Positions 55,731 to 64,000 of a DNA stretch of 64,000 nucleotides are shown here, piece after piece. Source of the DNA: Acidobacteriota bacterium (GTDB lineage Bacteria > Acidobacteriota > Thermoanaerobaculia > Gp7-AA8 > JAHWKK01); the NCBI GenBank assembly GCA_019347945.1, contig JAHWKK010000001.1:67299-131298 (forward strand), written 5' to 3'. Numbering within the stretch: the stretch's first letter is position 1; each line of letters begins with the position of its first letter. The notes below the pieces were generated by a model. That model saw only the letters and a list, made by a program, of their open reading frames with translations. It ran no database searches and was not told the origin of the DNA. Made by a program: the position numbers and the translations under genes.

Positions 55731-56683
55731 GGAGTCTCGACGCTCTCGAGATCGTCCTCTTCGGAGTCGTTCTCCCGGACGAGCTTCTCGAAGGCGTGGG
55801 CCTGCTGGCGGCGATCCGCGTCATCAGGCTTTGGAGTGGTATCCGCCTGCGGTTCATCAATCGAGGACGAGAGCTGGGCGGATGACTCCTCGACACCGCG
55901 CATGAACTCACTCTCGTCGGGTAGTTCGCTCTGCGTGCGTGAGGCGCGTGCAGTCCGGGCCTCGGCGATTTTCTCCGCGCGGGAGAAATCGTCGTTCCAG
56001 CAGAGAATTGTCGGTGCGAGCTTCAGGTAGAGCTCGCCCGTGGCCCGTACGTCCTCGAGGCAGTAGTCTGCGATTTCGCGGTGCATCCCACTGCGGTACA
56101 TCGTTTCCACCGAGCGTCCGTCCATTCCTTCGGTTTTCGAGCTGTCGACACCGAAAGTCTTGCAGGCGAGGTCGAGATTGAACCGCATCTGCCTCGAGTA
56201 GACCGTTCCCATGAAGTTGAGCGCTTCGCGAAGGTCGCAGTTGGGGTGATAGCTGTAGCGTCGGCCGATCAGATCCCGACGTGGAATCACTCCGTTGACG
56301 GCGGAGCGAATCATCAGGAAGGGGCCGTCGAACTGGCGGCCGTTGAAGGTGATGAATCGATCCACCGGGGCGAAGAACTCCCAGAACTTTTCGAGGATCT
56401 GCTTCTCGGTTCCGGTGATGTAGGTGCGGTCGTCCTCTTTCCACATCTGAATCTCGCGACGTCCGGGCATTTCGATCAGTGCCGCGCGCCGACCGTCGTC
56501 GACGTTGAGGACGCCGATGACGGCAATCCGACCCGTGAATGGAGAGAGAGCTCCTCTTCGCTTTTCTTCTTCCGCCTCGGCTTCACCCATTCCCTTGATC
56601 AGGTATTCGCGAACGTACGTATCGTGCTCTTCCCAGGGGATACCGACCGTTTCGATGTCGATCACGAGCCGCTTCATGGTCAA
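55727..56683 (-). CDS. DEDD-type 3'-5' exonuclease, DnaQ/PolB-exonuclease-like.
   Basis: Exo I is VIDIETVG. Conserved Asp/Glu positions lie at FNGRQFDGPFL and YCLEDVRATGELY. Confidence 0.65.
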   Translation of the reverse strand: MTMKRLVIDIETVGIPWEEHDTYVREYLIKGMGEAEAEEEKRRGALSPFTGRIAVIGVLNVDDGRRAALIEMPGRREIQMWKEDDRTYITGTEKQILEKFWEFFAPVDRFITFNGRQFDGPFLMIRSAVNGVIPRRDLIGRRYSYHPNCDLREALNFMGTVYSRQMRFNLDLACKTFGVDSSKTEGMDGRSVETMYRSGMHREIADYCLEDVRATGELYLKLAPTILCWNDDFSRAEKIAEARTARASRTQSELPDESEFMRGVEESSAQLSSSIDEPQADTTPKPDDADRRQQAHAFEKLVRENDSEEDDLESVETP

Positions 56684-57303
56684 TTCTCGGCGTCCGTGAT
56701 GCTGTCGCGTCTGGCTCCGCGGTTTTTCCGGTACTTCTCGAGCCGCTTGTTGAGGTTGTGAAGATCGTAGGTCATTCGCATGACGGTGCGACGCAGCTTG
56801 TACTTGATGCGGCGGAAGCTCGAAAAGTCGTCGTTCCGGAGCGTCGGGAGAAAGCCGTGCAGTTCGCGCATTCGCGTGCGGAGCTTCTCGATGTCCTTGT
56901 CGCGGATGTTGAGCATCACCTCTTCGCCGTCGATGAACAGAGGCTCTACACCGCTGATCAGATCATCGAACCAGCGCCAGACCTCGACGACATTGACGCG
57001 ACGACCGCGGTCCACGATTCGTGTCTCCAGCAGATCCTGCTTGAAGTATCCGAAGAGTCTCTCGTCGGAGACCTGCTTGAACTCGTCTTCGGTCAGATTG
57101 CGGTTGTTCCACGCGCCGAAGTGAAGCAGGTCGTTGCGTACGGCACGAAAATGCCGGATGACTTCGGCGAGCTCGTCGCGGTCCAGATCCGCCAGCGAAA
57201 CCGCCTCGGTCGTCTCCTCGACCGTCATTGCGGACGGAGCAGCGCCCTGTTCGATCGTCGCAGTCTCTTCAGTCGGTTCCTGTACTTCCGAATCCACCGT
57301 CAC
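56680..57303 (-). CDS. Hypothetical protein.
   Basis: 207 aa with an acidic N-terminus and a basic C-terminus. No recognisable family. It sits within the overlapping dut-exonuclease-guaD operon. Confidence 0.45.
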   Translation of the reverse strand: MTVDSEVQEPTEETATIEQGAAPSAMTVEETTEAVSLADLDRDELAEVIRHFRAVRNDLLHFGAWNNRNLTEDEFKQVSDERLFGYFKQDLLETRIVDRGRRVNVVEVWRWFDDLISGVEPLFIDGEEVMLNIRDKDIEKLRTRMRELHGFLPTLRNDDFSSFRRIKYKLRRTVMRMTYDLHNLNKRLEKYRKNRGARRDSITDAEN

Positions 57304-57715
57304 CTCTCAGTGTATCGTCCAGCTCGGCGACGAGCCGGATCTCGAGTCGGGCAAGCTCTGCGAAAACGAGCTGGGCGATGCGATCGCCCCGCCGAATCGT
57401 GAAATCCGAATCGCCGTGGTTGATGAGTATCACCTTGATCTCTCCGCGGTAATCGGAGTCGATTGTACCGGGAGCGTTGAGAACGGTAACCCCGTGGCTC
57501 ACAGCGAGACCGCTCCTGGGACGAACCTGACCTTCGAACCCGGCGGGTAGCGCGATCGCTATTCCTGTGGGAACGAGCGCCCGGGCGCCCGATGAAAGTA
57601 CGAGCGGTTCGTCAATCGCCGCCCGAAGGTCGTAACCTGAGGCGAGCTCGGATCCTTTCGCCGGATGCGGGAGGTCATTCGCGAAACTCCTCACCGAAAC
57701 GGTCGCTGCGGTCAT
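57269..57715 (-). CDS. dut: dUTP diphosphatase.
   Basis: dUTPase motifs are [29 protein letters not shown] and RIAQL. The start is at MTAATV, which overlaps the upstream stop in an ATGA arrangement. Confidence 0.9.
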   Translation of the reverse strand: MTAATVSVRSFANDLPHPAKGSELASGYDLRAAIDEPLVLSSGARALVPTGIAIALPAGFEGQVRPRSGLAVSHGVTVLNAPGTIDSDYRGEIKVILINHGDSDFTIRRGDRIAQLVFAELARLEIRLVAELDDTLRGDGGFGSTGTD

Positions 57716-60700
57716 GGTGTGTCTCTCCCGGTGATCGGCATGAAGACGGGATCGCCGCTCAGGTTGTCGACCACGGATGCCCACCCGACCACCGAACCGT
57801 CTCCCGAAACCTTGGTCAGAACCACGTAACCTCCCGGAGTCGTCCTGCAACCCATCGAAGGGAGTGAGACCTGTCTCTGCTCGCGGGGAGCCAGGCCGAA
57901 CCGGGCGGTGCAGAGCATCGCCCCTCTCTCTCCGAAGACGGTGACGTCGAACACCGCGAATCCGTCACCGATCTCGACGAGCCCCACGTTCGTCCGGAAA
58001 TGGTCGCTCTGTTCCACGCCGATCGCCACGCCCGACTGGCCGAGCTCGGTGATCCCATCCCCGGTTGCGACGCTTGCGACATTCTGTCCGAAGCTGCCGT
58101 TTCCACGGTCATTCCACGTTCTGCTCGAGACGATTGCGCTTCCGGGTGTGATCTCGAGGTGGCCGCCGCCGGACGCCCCGAACCAGCTTTCCACCACGTC
58201 CATGACGAACGCCGACGAGTACGGACCGAGAGTCCCCTCCACCCTTCCGGATACGGCCCCCGAGACTCCCCGATACCGAATCGACAGCTCGAGCGGCTCG
58301 TCGAGAGGATTCGAAAGATAGAGATCGCTTCGCCACTTGGAGCCGCCGGCCCCGTCGAGATGTGCCACGACCGGAATGATCTTCGAGTCCGTCGCCTCCG
58401 CTCGCGCTGCGGGGAGGTAGATCGGATCGCCCGTCCGGTTGTCGATGATCGAAGCGTACGCGGCCAGACTTCCCTCCCCGGACTCGTATCGAAGCCGCGC
58501 CATTCCTGCTTCGTATTCGTTTGCCAGCCCGCGGGTCGACACCTGACGATGCTCCCATGGACGAAATGACAGCGACATCGTTCCGAGCAGGTCGCCATCG
58601 GCTCCGACGACCTCGAGCGTCATCGTCACTGGCTGCCCCGACGTTTCAGTGAAGCCGACGTTGGACCGGAACTCGAGCGTCTCGCGCAGACCCGGGATGA
58701 ACAGAACGGGATCGGCGCTGCCGAGGGTCGGTGCCCGATAGGTCGGGATCGATTGGCCGAACGTTCCGAGGGGCGAATCGTTGTAGGTTCGACTGGTCGC
58801 CGTGAGCACGTTCTGCGGACCCCGAATGTCGAGAGAACAGGCTCCCTCGAATCCGAAAATCGTCTTTGCCACGTCGCGAAGAGTGAGCGTCTGAGCCGGC
58901 TCGATGAACAGGCGTGTGATCATCGCAGATTCATCCCCGTTCGTGCCGGCCGGGGTGAGGATGAGGAAGATGTGCTGAGGAGAGTTGGTGAGATTCCTCA
59001 GCGTCAGATCGGTGATCCAATGAGTCGAGTTCGCGCCCGGACTGTGACCCGCGGCGGGAATCAGCGCGATTCGCGGACCGCTTTCCCGCCTCGAGACGGG
59101 GGCCTGGCCCTGGTGGGTAGCGAATGCGAGATTCCATCCGTGAAGGATGCCCGTCTGGGAGCTCTCCGAGTGAATCAGCAGGGTCCACTCCCCCTGAAGC
59201 TCGTGTCCGTCGAGCGAACCGAGTGGCTCCGAGGAGGGAATGTCGAGTCCGAACGTCCGGACCAGCGATGAACCGGAGAGCGATCCTCTTCTCGCCAGCA
59301 GAACCCGGGTGTCGTCGGGCGCAATGATGGAGATTTCCAGATCCCTGAGGTCCGGATGATCCAGCCGGATGGAAACTCTCGTGTCCCGAACGCTTCCCCG
59401 AAGCGGCACCCAGTGGGTGGACCGAATCGAGCCAGTCCCCGGCATGAGGGTACCTGCGGCAGGAAAAACCGTGTGAGCACCCTTCCATGGCCGGTGGCAG
59501 CGCGAGACCTCGACGCCCCGTGAGAGGAGCGCTCCGCACAGCATGATCCGGGTCGCTCCGTCGTACATCGCATCGTCGGCGTCGATCAATCCGTCTGCGG
59601 CATTCTGGAGGGTCGGCATGAAGGGGATGCCGACCATCCCTTCGAGTACCAGCATGTCGGCCCGACGCTTTCCTTCATTCTCTCCATGAAGGCGGGAGAG
59701 GCCGAGAAAGAGCTCTCGAAGCGTCGAGGACCACAGCCGCCCGTTCTGATGTTCGGTTCCGGCGTGACCGCTGCGGTCGAGCTCGTCGAGGACGACACTC
59801 GCATCCGTTCGGCGCAGGCAGTCGGCGTCTGCCGGATATGAGCAACCCGAGGAGGCTCCGAGTCCGCAGCGTGCGTCCCAGTCGCCGATGCATGCCGGGT
59901 CTCGTCCATTCGATACGCTCTCGGCCAATCCCTCGCTGAATGCCCAGTAATCCGAGAAGCCCTCGGAGATTGCCCGCGCATCCGAGGCGGACGTTCCGAA
60001 GAGAATCGAAGGGGCGATCCCGTCGTGGATCGCATGCCCCAGCTCGTGATAGATGATGTCGGGATCCTCGGCGTCGTCGACACCCCCGTCGCCGAAGACG
60101 AGCACCGGCCCGGTCGTCCGCTTGGTGTAAAACGAATTGTCGCTTCCGTTGCCACCATGAGCGTCGACCGTAATGCTGGTGTTGACGATCTGGTTCGTGC
60201 CGGTATACCCGAGAGATTCGAGATATGCGAGCGAGCGGTCGATGTGCCACACCGCCATCACCTCCTCGAATCGGGGATCGCTTCGATCGAAGATCAGATC
60301 GGGGGAGGCAGGATCGACGCCCAGGGTCGCCGGGGCATCGAGATCGGCGATCGCGACGCGGGAGGTCGCCAGGGACGAGCTCGCTTCGTCAATCTCCAGC
60401 GAATTCTCCTCGTACGCGGCGGCGGGCACGGCCGCCGCGGCATCGTTCTCGTCGCGCAGTTCCGCATTGTTGAGCTTGGTCACCGGATTCGAGCGGAAAA
60501 TGGAAACCTCACGGCTCGAGTGGAACCAGAGAGGGATTCGGAGAACGAGTGAACCGTCGGCGTCGTAATAGTGAAGCGCCTCTTTGAGCGGCGATTCCTC
60601 GATCCGCAGTTCGAGAGCCCGGATCACCCCATCGTCGGTGACCAGGAGCACCTCGCGTGCAGGAGCTACGTTCGCGCCGTGGCCGGAGCGGAGGGCGGAG

Positions 60701-61104
60701 CGGCGTATCGGCGGCGGCGCGGCGAGAGCCTTCCGGAGCTCGTCGATCCTCGCGATCCGGGCGTCGAACCCGGTGACCTCGTCGCCCGAAAGCCGAAGGA
60801 CAGCGCCCGTCCCGACGATCTCGAGTCCATCCGCGATCTGAACGAACCGCCGCGCTTCGGTGAGTCGTCCGCGCTGGCGGCTGGTTTCCTCGAGCTCAGC
60901 CCCCGTCTCCGCACGCAGCATCGCGAGAACGGATTCGGGTGAAGGTGGATTGACCGCTGGGGAGAACCTGCCGTCGACGCGGAGGACGGCAGCTTCGCTG
61001 CGGATGCGAAGCTTCTCCGCAGGATCGCCCATGTCGTCACGGGCGAGCGCGGGGGTCACGGCCAGGGCCAGCGCCGCAAAGAGGAAGTTGAGCCGAACTC
61101 TCAT
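57712..61104 (-). CDS. Secreted thermolysin-like (M4/M36-related) zinc metalloprotease with a P-domain and C-terminal beta-rich domains.
   Basis: The signal peptide is present. The zinc-binding region is [12 protein letters not shown]...[11 protein letters not shown], which parallels thermolysin HELTHAVTD...NEAISDIFG. A proprotein-convertase-like P-domain follows, [24 protein letters not shown]...[10 protein letters not shown]...[10 protein letters not shown]. Confidence 0.8.
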   Translation of the reverse strand: MRVRLNFLFAALALAVTPALARDDMGDPAEKLRIRSEAAVLRVDGRFSPAVNPPSPESVLAMLRAETGAELEETSRQRGRLTEARRFVQIADGLEIVGTGAVLRLSGDEVTGFDARIARIDELRKALAAPPPIRRSALRSGHGANVAPAREVLLVTDDGVIRALELRIEESPLKEALHYYDADGSLVLRIPLWFHSSREVSIFRSNPVTKLNNAELRDENDAAAAVPAAAYEENSLEIDEASSSLATSRVAIADLDAPATLGVDPASPDLIFDRSDPRFEEVMAVWHIDRSLAYLESLGYTGTNQIVNTSITVDAHGGNGSDNSFYTKRTTGPVLVFGDGGVDDAEDPDIIYHELGHAIHDGIAPSILFGTSASDARAISEGFSDYWAFSEGLAESVSNGRDPACIGDWDARCGLGASSGCSYPADADCLRRTDASVVLDELDRSGHAGTEHQNGRLWSSTLRELFLGLSRLHGENEGKRRADMLVLEGMVGIPFMPTLQNAADGLIDADDAMYDGATRIMLCGALLSRGVEVSRCHRPWKGAHTVFPAAGTLMPGTGSIRSTHWVPLRGSVRDTRVSIRLDHPDLRDLEISIIAPDDTRVLLARRGSLSGSSLVRTFGLDIPSSEPLGSLDGHELQGEWTLLIHSESSQTGILHGWNLAFATHQGQAPVSRRESGPRIALIPAAGHSPGANSTHWITDLTLRNLTNSPQHIFLILTPAGTNGDESAMITRLFIEPAQTLTLRDVAKTIFGFEGACSLDIRGPQNVLTATSRTYNDSPLGTFGQSIPTYRAPTLGSADPVLFIPGLRETLEFRSNVGFTETSGQPVTMTLEVVGADGDLLGTMSLSFRPWEHRQVSTRGLANEYEAGMARLRYESGEGSLAAYASIIDNRTGDPIYLPAARAEATDSKIIPVVAHLDGAGGSKWRSDLYLSNPLDEPLELSIRYRGVSGAVSGRVEGTLGPYSSAFVMDVVESWFGASGGGHLEITPGSAIVSSRTWNDRGNGSFGQNVASVATGDGITELGQSGVAIGVEQSDHFRTNVGLVEIGDGFAVFDVTVFGERGAMLCTARFGLAPREQRQVSLPSMGCRTTPGGYVVLTKVSGDGSVVGWASVVDNLSGDPVFMPITGRDTP

Positions 61105-61136
61105 AGAGCGCCATTGCTAACGACGGACATGGCGCA

Positions 61137-61784
61137 ATGTTTCCCGGGAAGGGGGCGGTGGCGTGCGAGAATTGGACGGTGAACGACTCTTTCGAGACCC
61201 TCGAATCGGAAACCCGTGCTTCGATCAGGGTGAAGCGGTCGGAGTTCATCGGAATCGCGTTTCCCGTGACGAGCGAGGTCGAATTTCGTGGACGGCTCGA
61301 CGATCTCCGGAAGGAGATGCATTCGGCGCGACATCACTGCTGGGCGTTCGAGGTTTCGGAGGATGGGGTCGAGCTCGCGCGCAGCTCGGATGATGGTGAA
61401 CCGGCGGGCAGCGCGGGCCGCCCGATCGCGTCTGCCATCGAGGGATCGGGATTGCGCAACGTTGGCTGTGTCGTTGCGCGGTGGTTCGGCGGAGTGAAGC
61501 TCGGAACGGGCGGGCTCGGTCGCGCGTACCGCGAAGCCGCGGCGGAAGCGCTCGATCTCGGGCCTCGTAAGACGATCATTGCGTACAGTCGGATCCGGGT
61601 CGACGCTCCCTTCGAGATGCTCAATGAGCTGTATCGCATGGTCGATCCGCCCGACGTTGTTCTGGTGCACGAGCAGTTCGGACCGGAAGGGAACCGGTTC
61701 GACCTCGATATCCGGAAGGGGAGGGTCGAGCAGATGACTCGAATGCTCGAGGAGAGAATGCTCCGATGGATGCAAACCGGTTGA
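61137..61784 (+). CDS. IMPACT/YigZ-family protein (UPF0029).
   Basis: Signatures are SEFIGIAFPV, HHCWAF and GEPAGSAGRPI. Confidence 0.8.
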   Translation: MFPGKGAVACENWTVNDSFETLESETRASIRVKRSEFIGIAFPVTSEVEFRGRLDDLRKEMHSARHHCWAFEVSEDGVELARSSDDGEPAGSAGRPIASAIEGSGLRNVGCVVARWFGGVKLGTGGLGRAYREAAAEALDLGPRKTIIAYSRIRVDAPFEMLNELYRMVDPPDVVLVHEQFGPEGNRFDLDIRKGRVEQMTRMLEERMLRWMQTG

Positions 61785-61821
61785 AATGAAACGCGGGCTG
61801 TTTCGAATATAGACTCTCGAA

Positions 61822-63453
61822 ATGAAGCGCTCCCTTCTGATTCTCTCGCTGCTGCTCACGTTCTCGTGCTCGACCACGCCGGCCGTCGTCGCCGCCCCTC
61901 CGTCTTCACCGGAGTTCTCGGCGGATCGGATCGAGGCGGATATCCGCTTTCTGGCCGACGATCTGCTCGAAGGGCGGGATACGGGAAGTCGCGGACACGA
62001 GATTGCGGCGCGATACGTCGCGGCTGAGTTTGCGAAGATGGGGATCGAGCCGGCGGGTGACGATGGATGGTTCCAGCGCGTTCCCTTCGTTCGCGCGACC
62101 GCAACGGATGTCTCGTTCGAGCTGAGAAGTGCCGAAGGTGTGATCACGATGACGCCCGCAGAGGATTTCAGCGTGGTCCCGAGTGCGTCGCGGCCCGAGC
62201 TCAACGTCGCGGGTCCCATCGTGTTCGCGGGCTACGGCGTCATCGAGCCGGATCAGGACTGGAACGACTACGAGGGACTCGACGTCGATGGCGCGATCGT
62301 TCTGGTGATTCGCAACGCCCCTGAATCGTTTCCTTCGACGCTCCGCGCGGTGAATGCGAGCACACTCCGGAAGCTCGAGCTCGCGAGTGAGCGCGGCGCC
62401 GTCGGCATGATCGAGGTCACTGCAAGAACCCGTGACGGAGATTCGTCGACGCGGAGGCCGCGTTCGCTCGGCTGGCCATCGGTCCGGTGGGTCGAGCCCA
62501 CCGGTAGAGTTCACGATGAGGAAGGCCTTCCCGCCCGGATCCGTCTGAGCGACGACGGCGCGGCCAAACTGTTCGAGGCCGCCGGCCGGGATTTCGACGA
62601 TCTCGTCGTTGATGTCGAAGAAGGTAAAGTCGCCGGATATCCGCTCGGCATCTCCGGACAGCTTTCGATCACCAGTGAGATCGAGGGATTCGCGAGCCCC
62701 AACGTGCTCGGGATGGTGCGCGGAACGAAATGGCCGGGCGAATCGCTGATCTACCTCGCGCATCTCGATCACGTCGGCATCCGCGAGTCCGAAGACGACG
62801 AGGACCACATCTACAACGGCGCGTACGACAATGCATCGGGAGTTGCGTCGATGCTCGAGGTCGCAAGGGCATTTGCGGAGAGCGAGGAGCGTCCGGAGCG
62901 TTCGATCGTTTTCGCAGCGGTGACGGGCGAAGAGAAGGGCCTGCTCGGTGCCGATTATCTGGCGATCAACCCGACCGATCCGATCGGTGAGCCGATCGCT
63001 GCGATCTCGATCGACATGTTCCTGATGCTGTATCCGCTGCACGACGTCGTCGGCTTCGGAGCCGAGCACTCGACGCTGGGGACGGCGTTGGATCGCGCCG
63101 CCGAGTCGATGGGGATCGTCACGAGTCCGGACTACGCTCCGGAGCAGACGCTATTCGTCCGAACCGACCACTACCCCTTTGTACGGCAGGGTGTTCCGGG
63201 ACTCTTTCTCGTGCACGGTGTGCAGGATGGAACTCCGGAGACCGGGCGCGAGGCGATGACCGAATGGCTGCGCACCCATTACCATCGTCCTTCCGATGAT
63301 CTGAACCAGGAGATCGACTTCGATGCCGGAGCCCGGTTCGCGGAGCTGAACTACAGGCTCGGACTCGAGATCGCCAACGCCCCCGACCGCCCTCGATGGA
63401 ACGAGGGTGACTGGTTCGGCGAGCATTACGGAACGATGAAGAGTGAAGAGTGA
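61822..63453 (+). CDS. M28-family aminopeptidase with a PA domain. Secreted lipoprotein.
   Basis: Signal is LLLTFSCS. The M28 zinc-ligand regions are YLAHLDHVGI, YNGAYDNASGVASMLEVARAF and FAAVTGEEKGLLGADY. Confidence 0.85.
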   Translation: MKRSLLILSLLLTFSCSTTPAVVAAPPSSPEFSADRIEADIRFLADDLLEGRDTGSRGHEIAARYVAAEFAKMGIEPAGDDGWFQRVPFVRATATDVSFELRSAEGVITMTPAEDFSVVPSASRPELNVAGPIVFAGYGVIEPDQDWNDYEGLDVDGAIVLVIRNAPESFPSTLRAVNASTLRKLELASERGAVGMIEVTARTRDGDSSTRRPRSLGWPSVRWVEPTGRVHDEEGLPARIRLSDDGAAKLFEAAGRDFDDLVVDVEEGKVAGYPLGISGQLSITSEIEGFASPNVLGMVRGTKWPGESLIYLAHLDHVGIRESEDDEDHIYNGAYDNASGVASMLEVARAFAESEERPERSIVFAAVTGEEKGLLGADYLAINPTDPIGEPIAAISIDMFLMLYPLHDVVGFGAEHSTLGTALDRAAESMGIVTSPDYAPEQTLFVRTDHYPFVRQGVPGLFLVHGVQDGTPETGREAMTEWLRTHYHRPSDDLNQEIDFDAGARFAELNYRLGLEIANAPDRPRWNEGDWFGEHYGTMKSEE

Positions 63454-63476
63454 AGAGTGAAGAGTGAAGAAGTGAA
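63437..63476. repeat. Heptanucleotide microsatellite (TGAAGAG) of about five copies spanning the M28 peptidase stop codon.
   Basis: The sequence is tgaagag tgaagag tgaagag tgaagag tgaagaag tgaa. The stop codon at 63451-63453 lies inside the third unit. Confidence 0.6.
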
Positions 63477-63629
63477 CTTGGCGACTTAACCTGAGTCCGT
63501 CGTTGCTCGGATCGAACACGGCCAGGCGCGCCGGGAGGGCGAAGCTCCTGCTGAGCCGCATCGCCGCATCTCACCAGAAAGCCACCTGAAACCGCCCCGT
63601 TCTTGCCCTCCCAATGCACACATTGACGA

Positions 63630-64000
63630 TCAGTGAGTTGAGTTGCCAGGTTCAGAGCCGACCCCGGCGCTCCCGAGGTGAGCCTTCGCCGCGGCTCGCG
63701 TGAAATGGAGCCTCCGGGAAGCCTCCCAGATCACGATGGCGAAGACGAGCCAGGTCACGCCCGCTGCGAGACCGGCGGCTACATCCGTCAACCAGTGAAC
63801 CCCGAGATAGATGCGCGATGACGAGATCGCGAGGATGGAAGAGATTCCTGCGGCGAGGCTGAACGTTTTCGCAGCCCGGGAGTGCGACAGTCTCAGAATG
63901 GCCCAGACGATCGAACCGATGACGATCATCGATCCCATCGTGTGGCCGGATGGAAATGAATAACCTGGAGCGTCACTGAGGGCAACCGCGAGATCCGGCC
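63630..64000 (-). CDS. PAP2-family phosphatase, partial. The N-terminus lies beyond the window end.
   Basis: Reverse-complement translation shows SFPSGHTMGSMIV...SRIYLGVHWLTDVAAG, which are PAP2 motifs II and III. The frame is open to position 64000. Confidence 0.7.
   Translation of the reverse strand, partial: PDLAVALSDAPGYSFPSGHTMGSMIVIGSIVWAILRLSHSRAAKTFSLAAGISSILAISSSRIYLGVHWLTDVAAGLAAGVTWLVFAIVIWEASRRLHFTRAAAKAHLGSAGVGSEPGNSTH

Noticed and set aside
63480-63560. A tRNA-like T-loop string (GTTCGATCC on the minus strand).
   Set aside because: The flanks do not form T-stem, acceptor or anticodon arms, so no cloverleaf can be drawn.
1-64000. CRISPR arrays, rRNA genes, integrons or transposase/IS elements.
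   Set aside because: No direct-repeat/spacer periodicity, rRNA-like conserved stretches, or transposase/integrase-like ORFs were seen anywhere in the window.

Overview
This is a high-GC (~65%) chromosomal window that is coding-dense, with about 55 genes and many 1-4 nt ATGA-type start/stop overlaps. By inference it comes from a Gram-negative environmental bacterium, because Kdo/lipid A/LPS-core genes are present. I found no rRNA, tRNA or CRISPR.

The main housekeeping blocks are:
- an LPS operon, waaA-lpxK-lpxL plus a GT-C membrane glycosyltransferase, and a second LPS-core pair, a GT9 heptosyltransferase and a Kdo-kinase-like gene;
- a minus-strand run of GT4, a flippase-like gene, nrdR, lon and an M3 oligopeptidase;
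- hflX and a CPA2 antiporter fused to UspA domains;
- a nucleotide-metabolism string of an M4-like protease, dut, a 3'-5' exonuclease and guaD.

The most notable observations are:
1. Two genes carry an in-frame TGA at, or two residues after, their catalytic cysteine. One is a Bcp-type peroxiredoxin and the other a single-domain rhodanese. Both keep a conserved frame downstream and have a hairpin 10-16 nt past the TGA, which makes them selenocysteine-protein candidates that ORF callers would split.
2. A Hanks Ser/Thr kinase with TPR repeats sits in an overlapping operon with an ExeA-like P-loop ATPase and a membrane protein carrying two arrestin/Spo0M-like domains.
3. A GntR(YtrA)-type regulator is followed by an ABC ATPase and two tandem paralogous permeases, each fused to a periplasmic beta-propeller-like domain.
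4. A low-GC islet holds an intact beta-class DNA methyltransferase beside a decayed PD-(D/E)xK restriction-endonuclease pseudogene.
5. There is a VapBC toxin-antitoxin pair, a kup gene with a 5' frameshift, and a heptamer microsatellite across the stop codon of an M28 peptidase.
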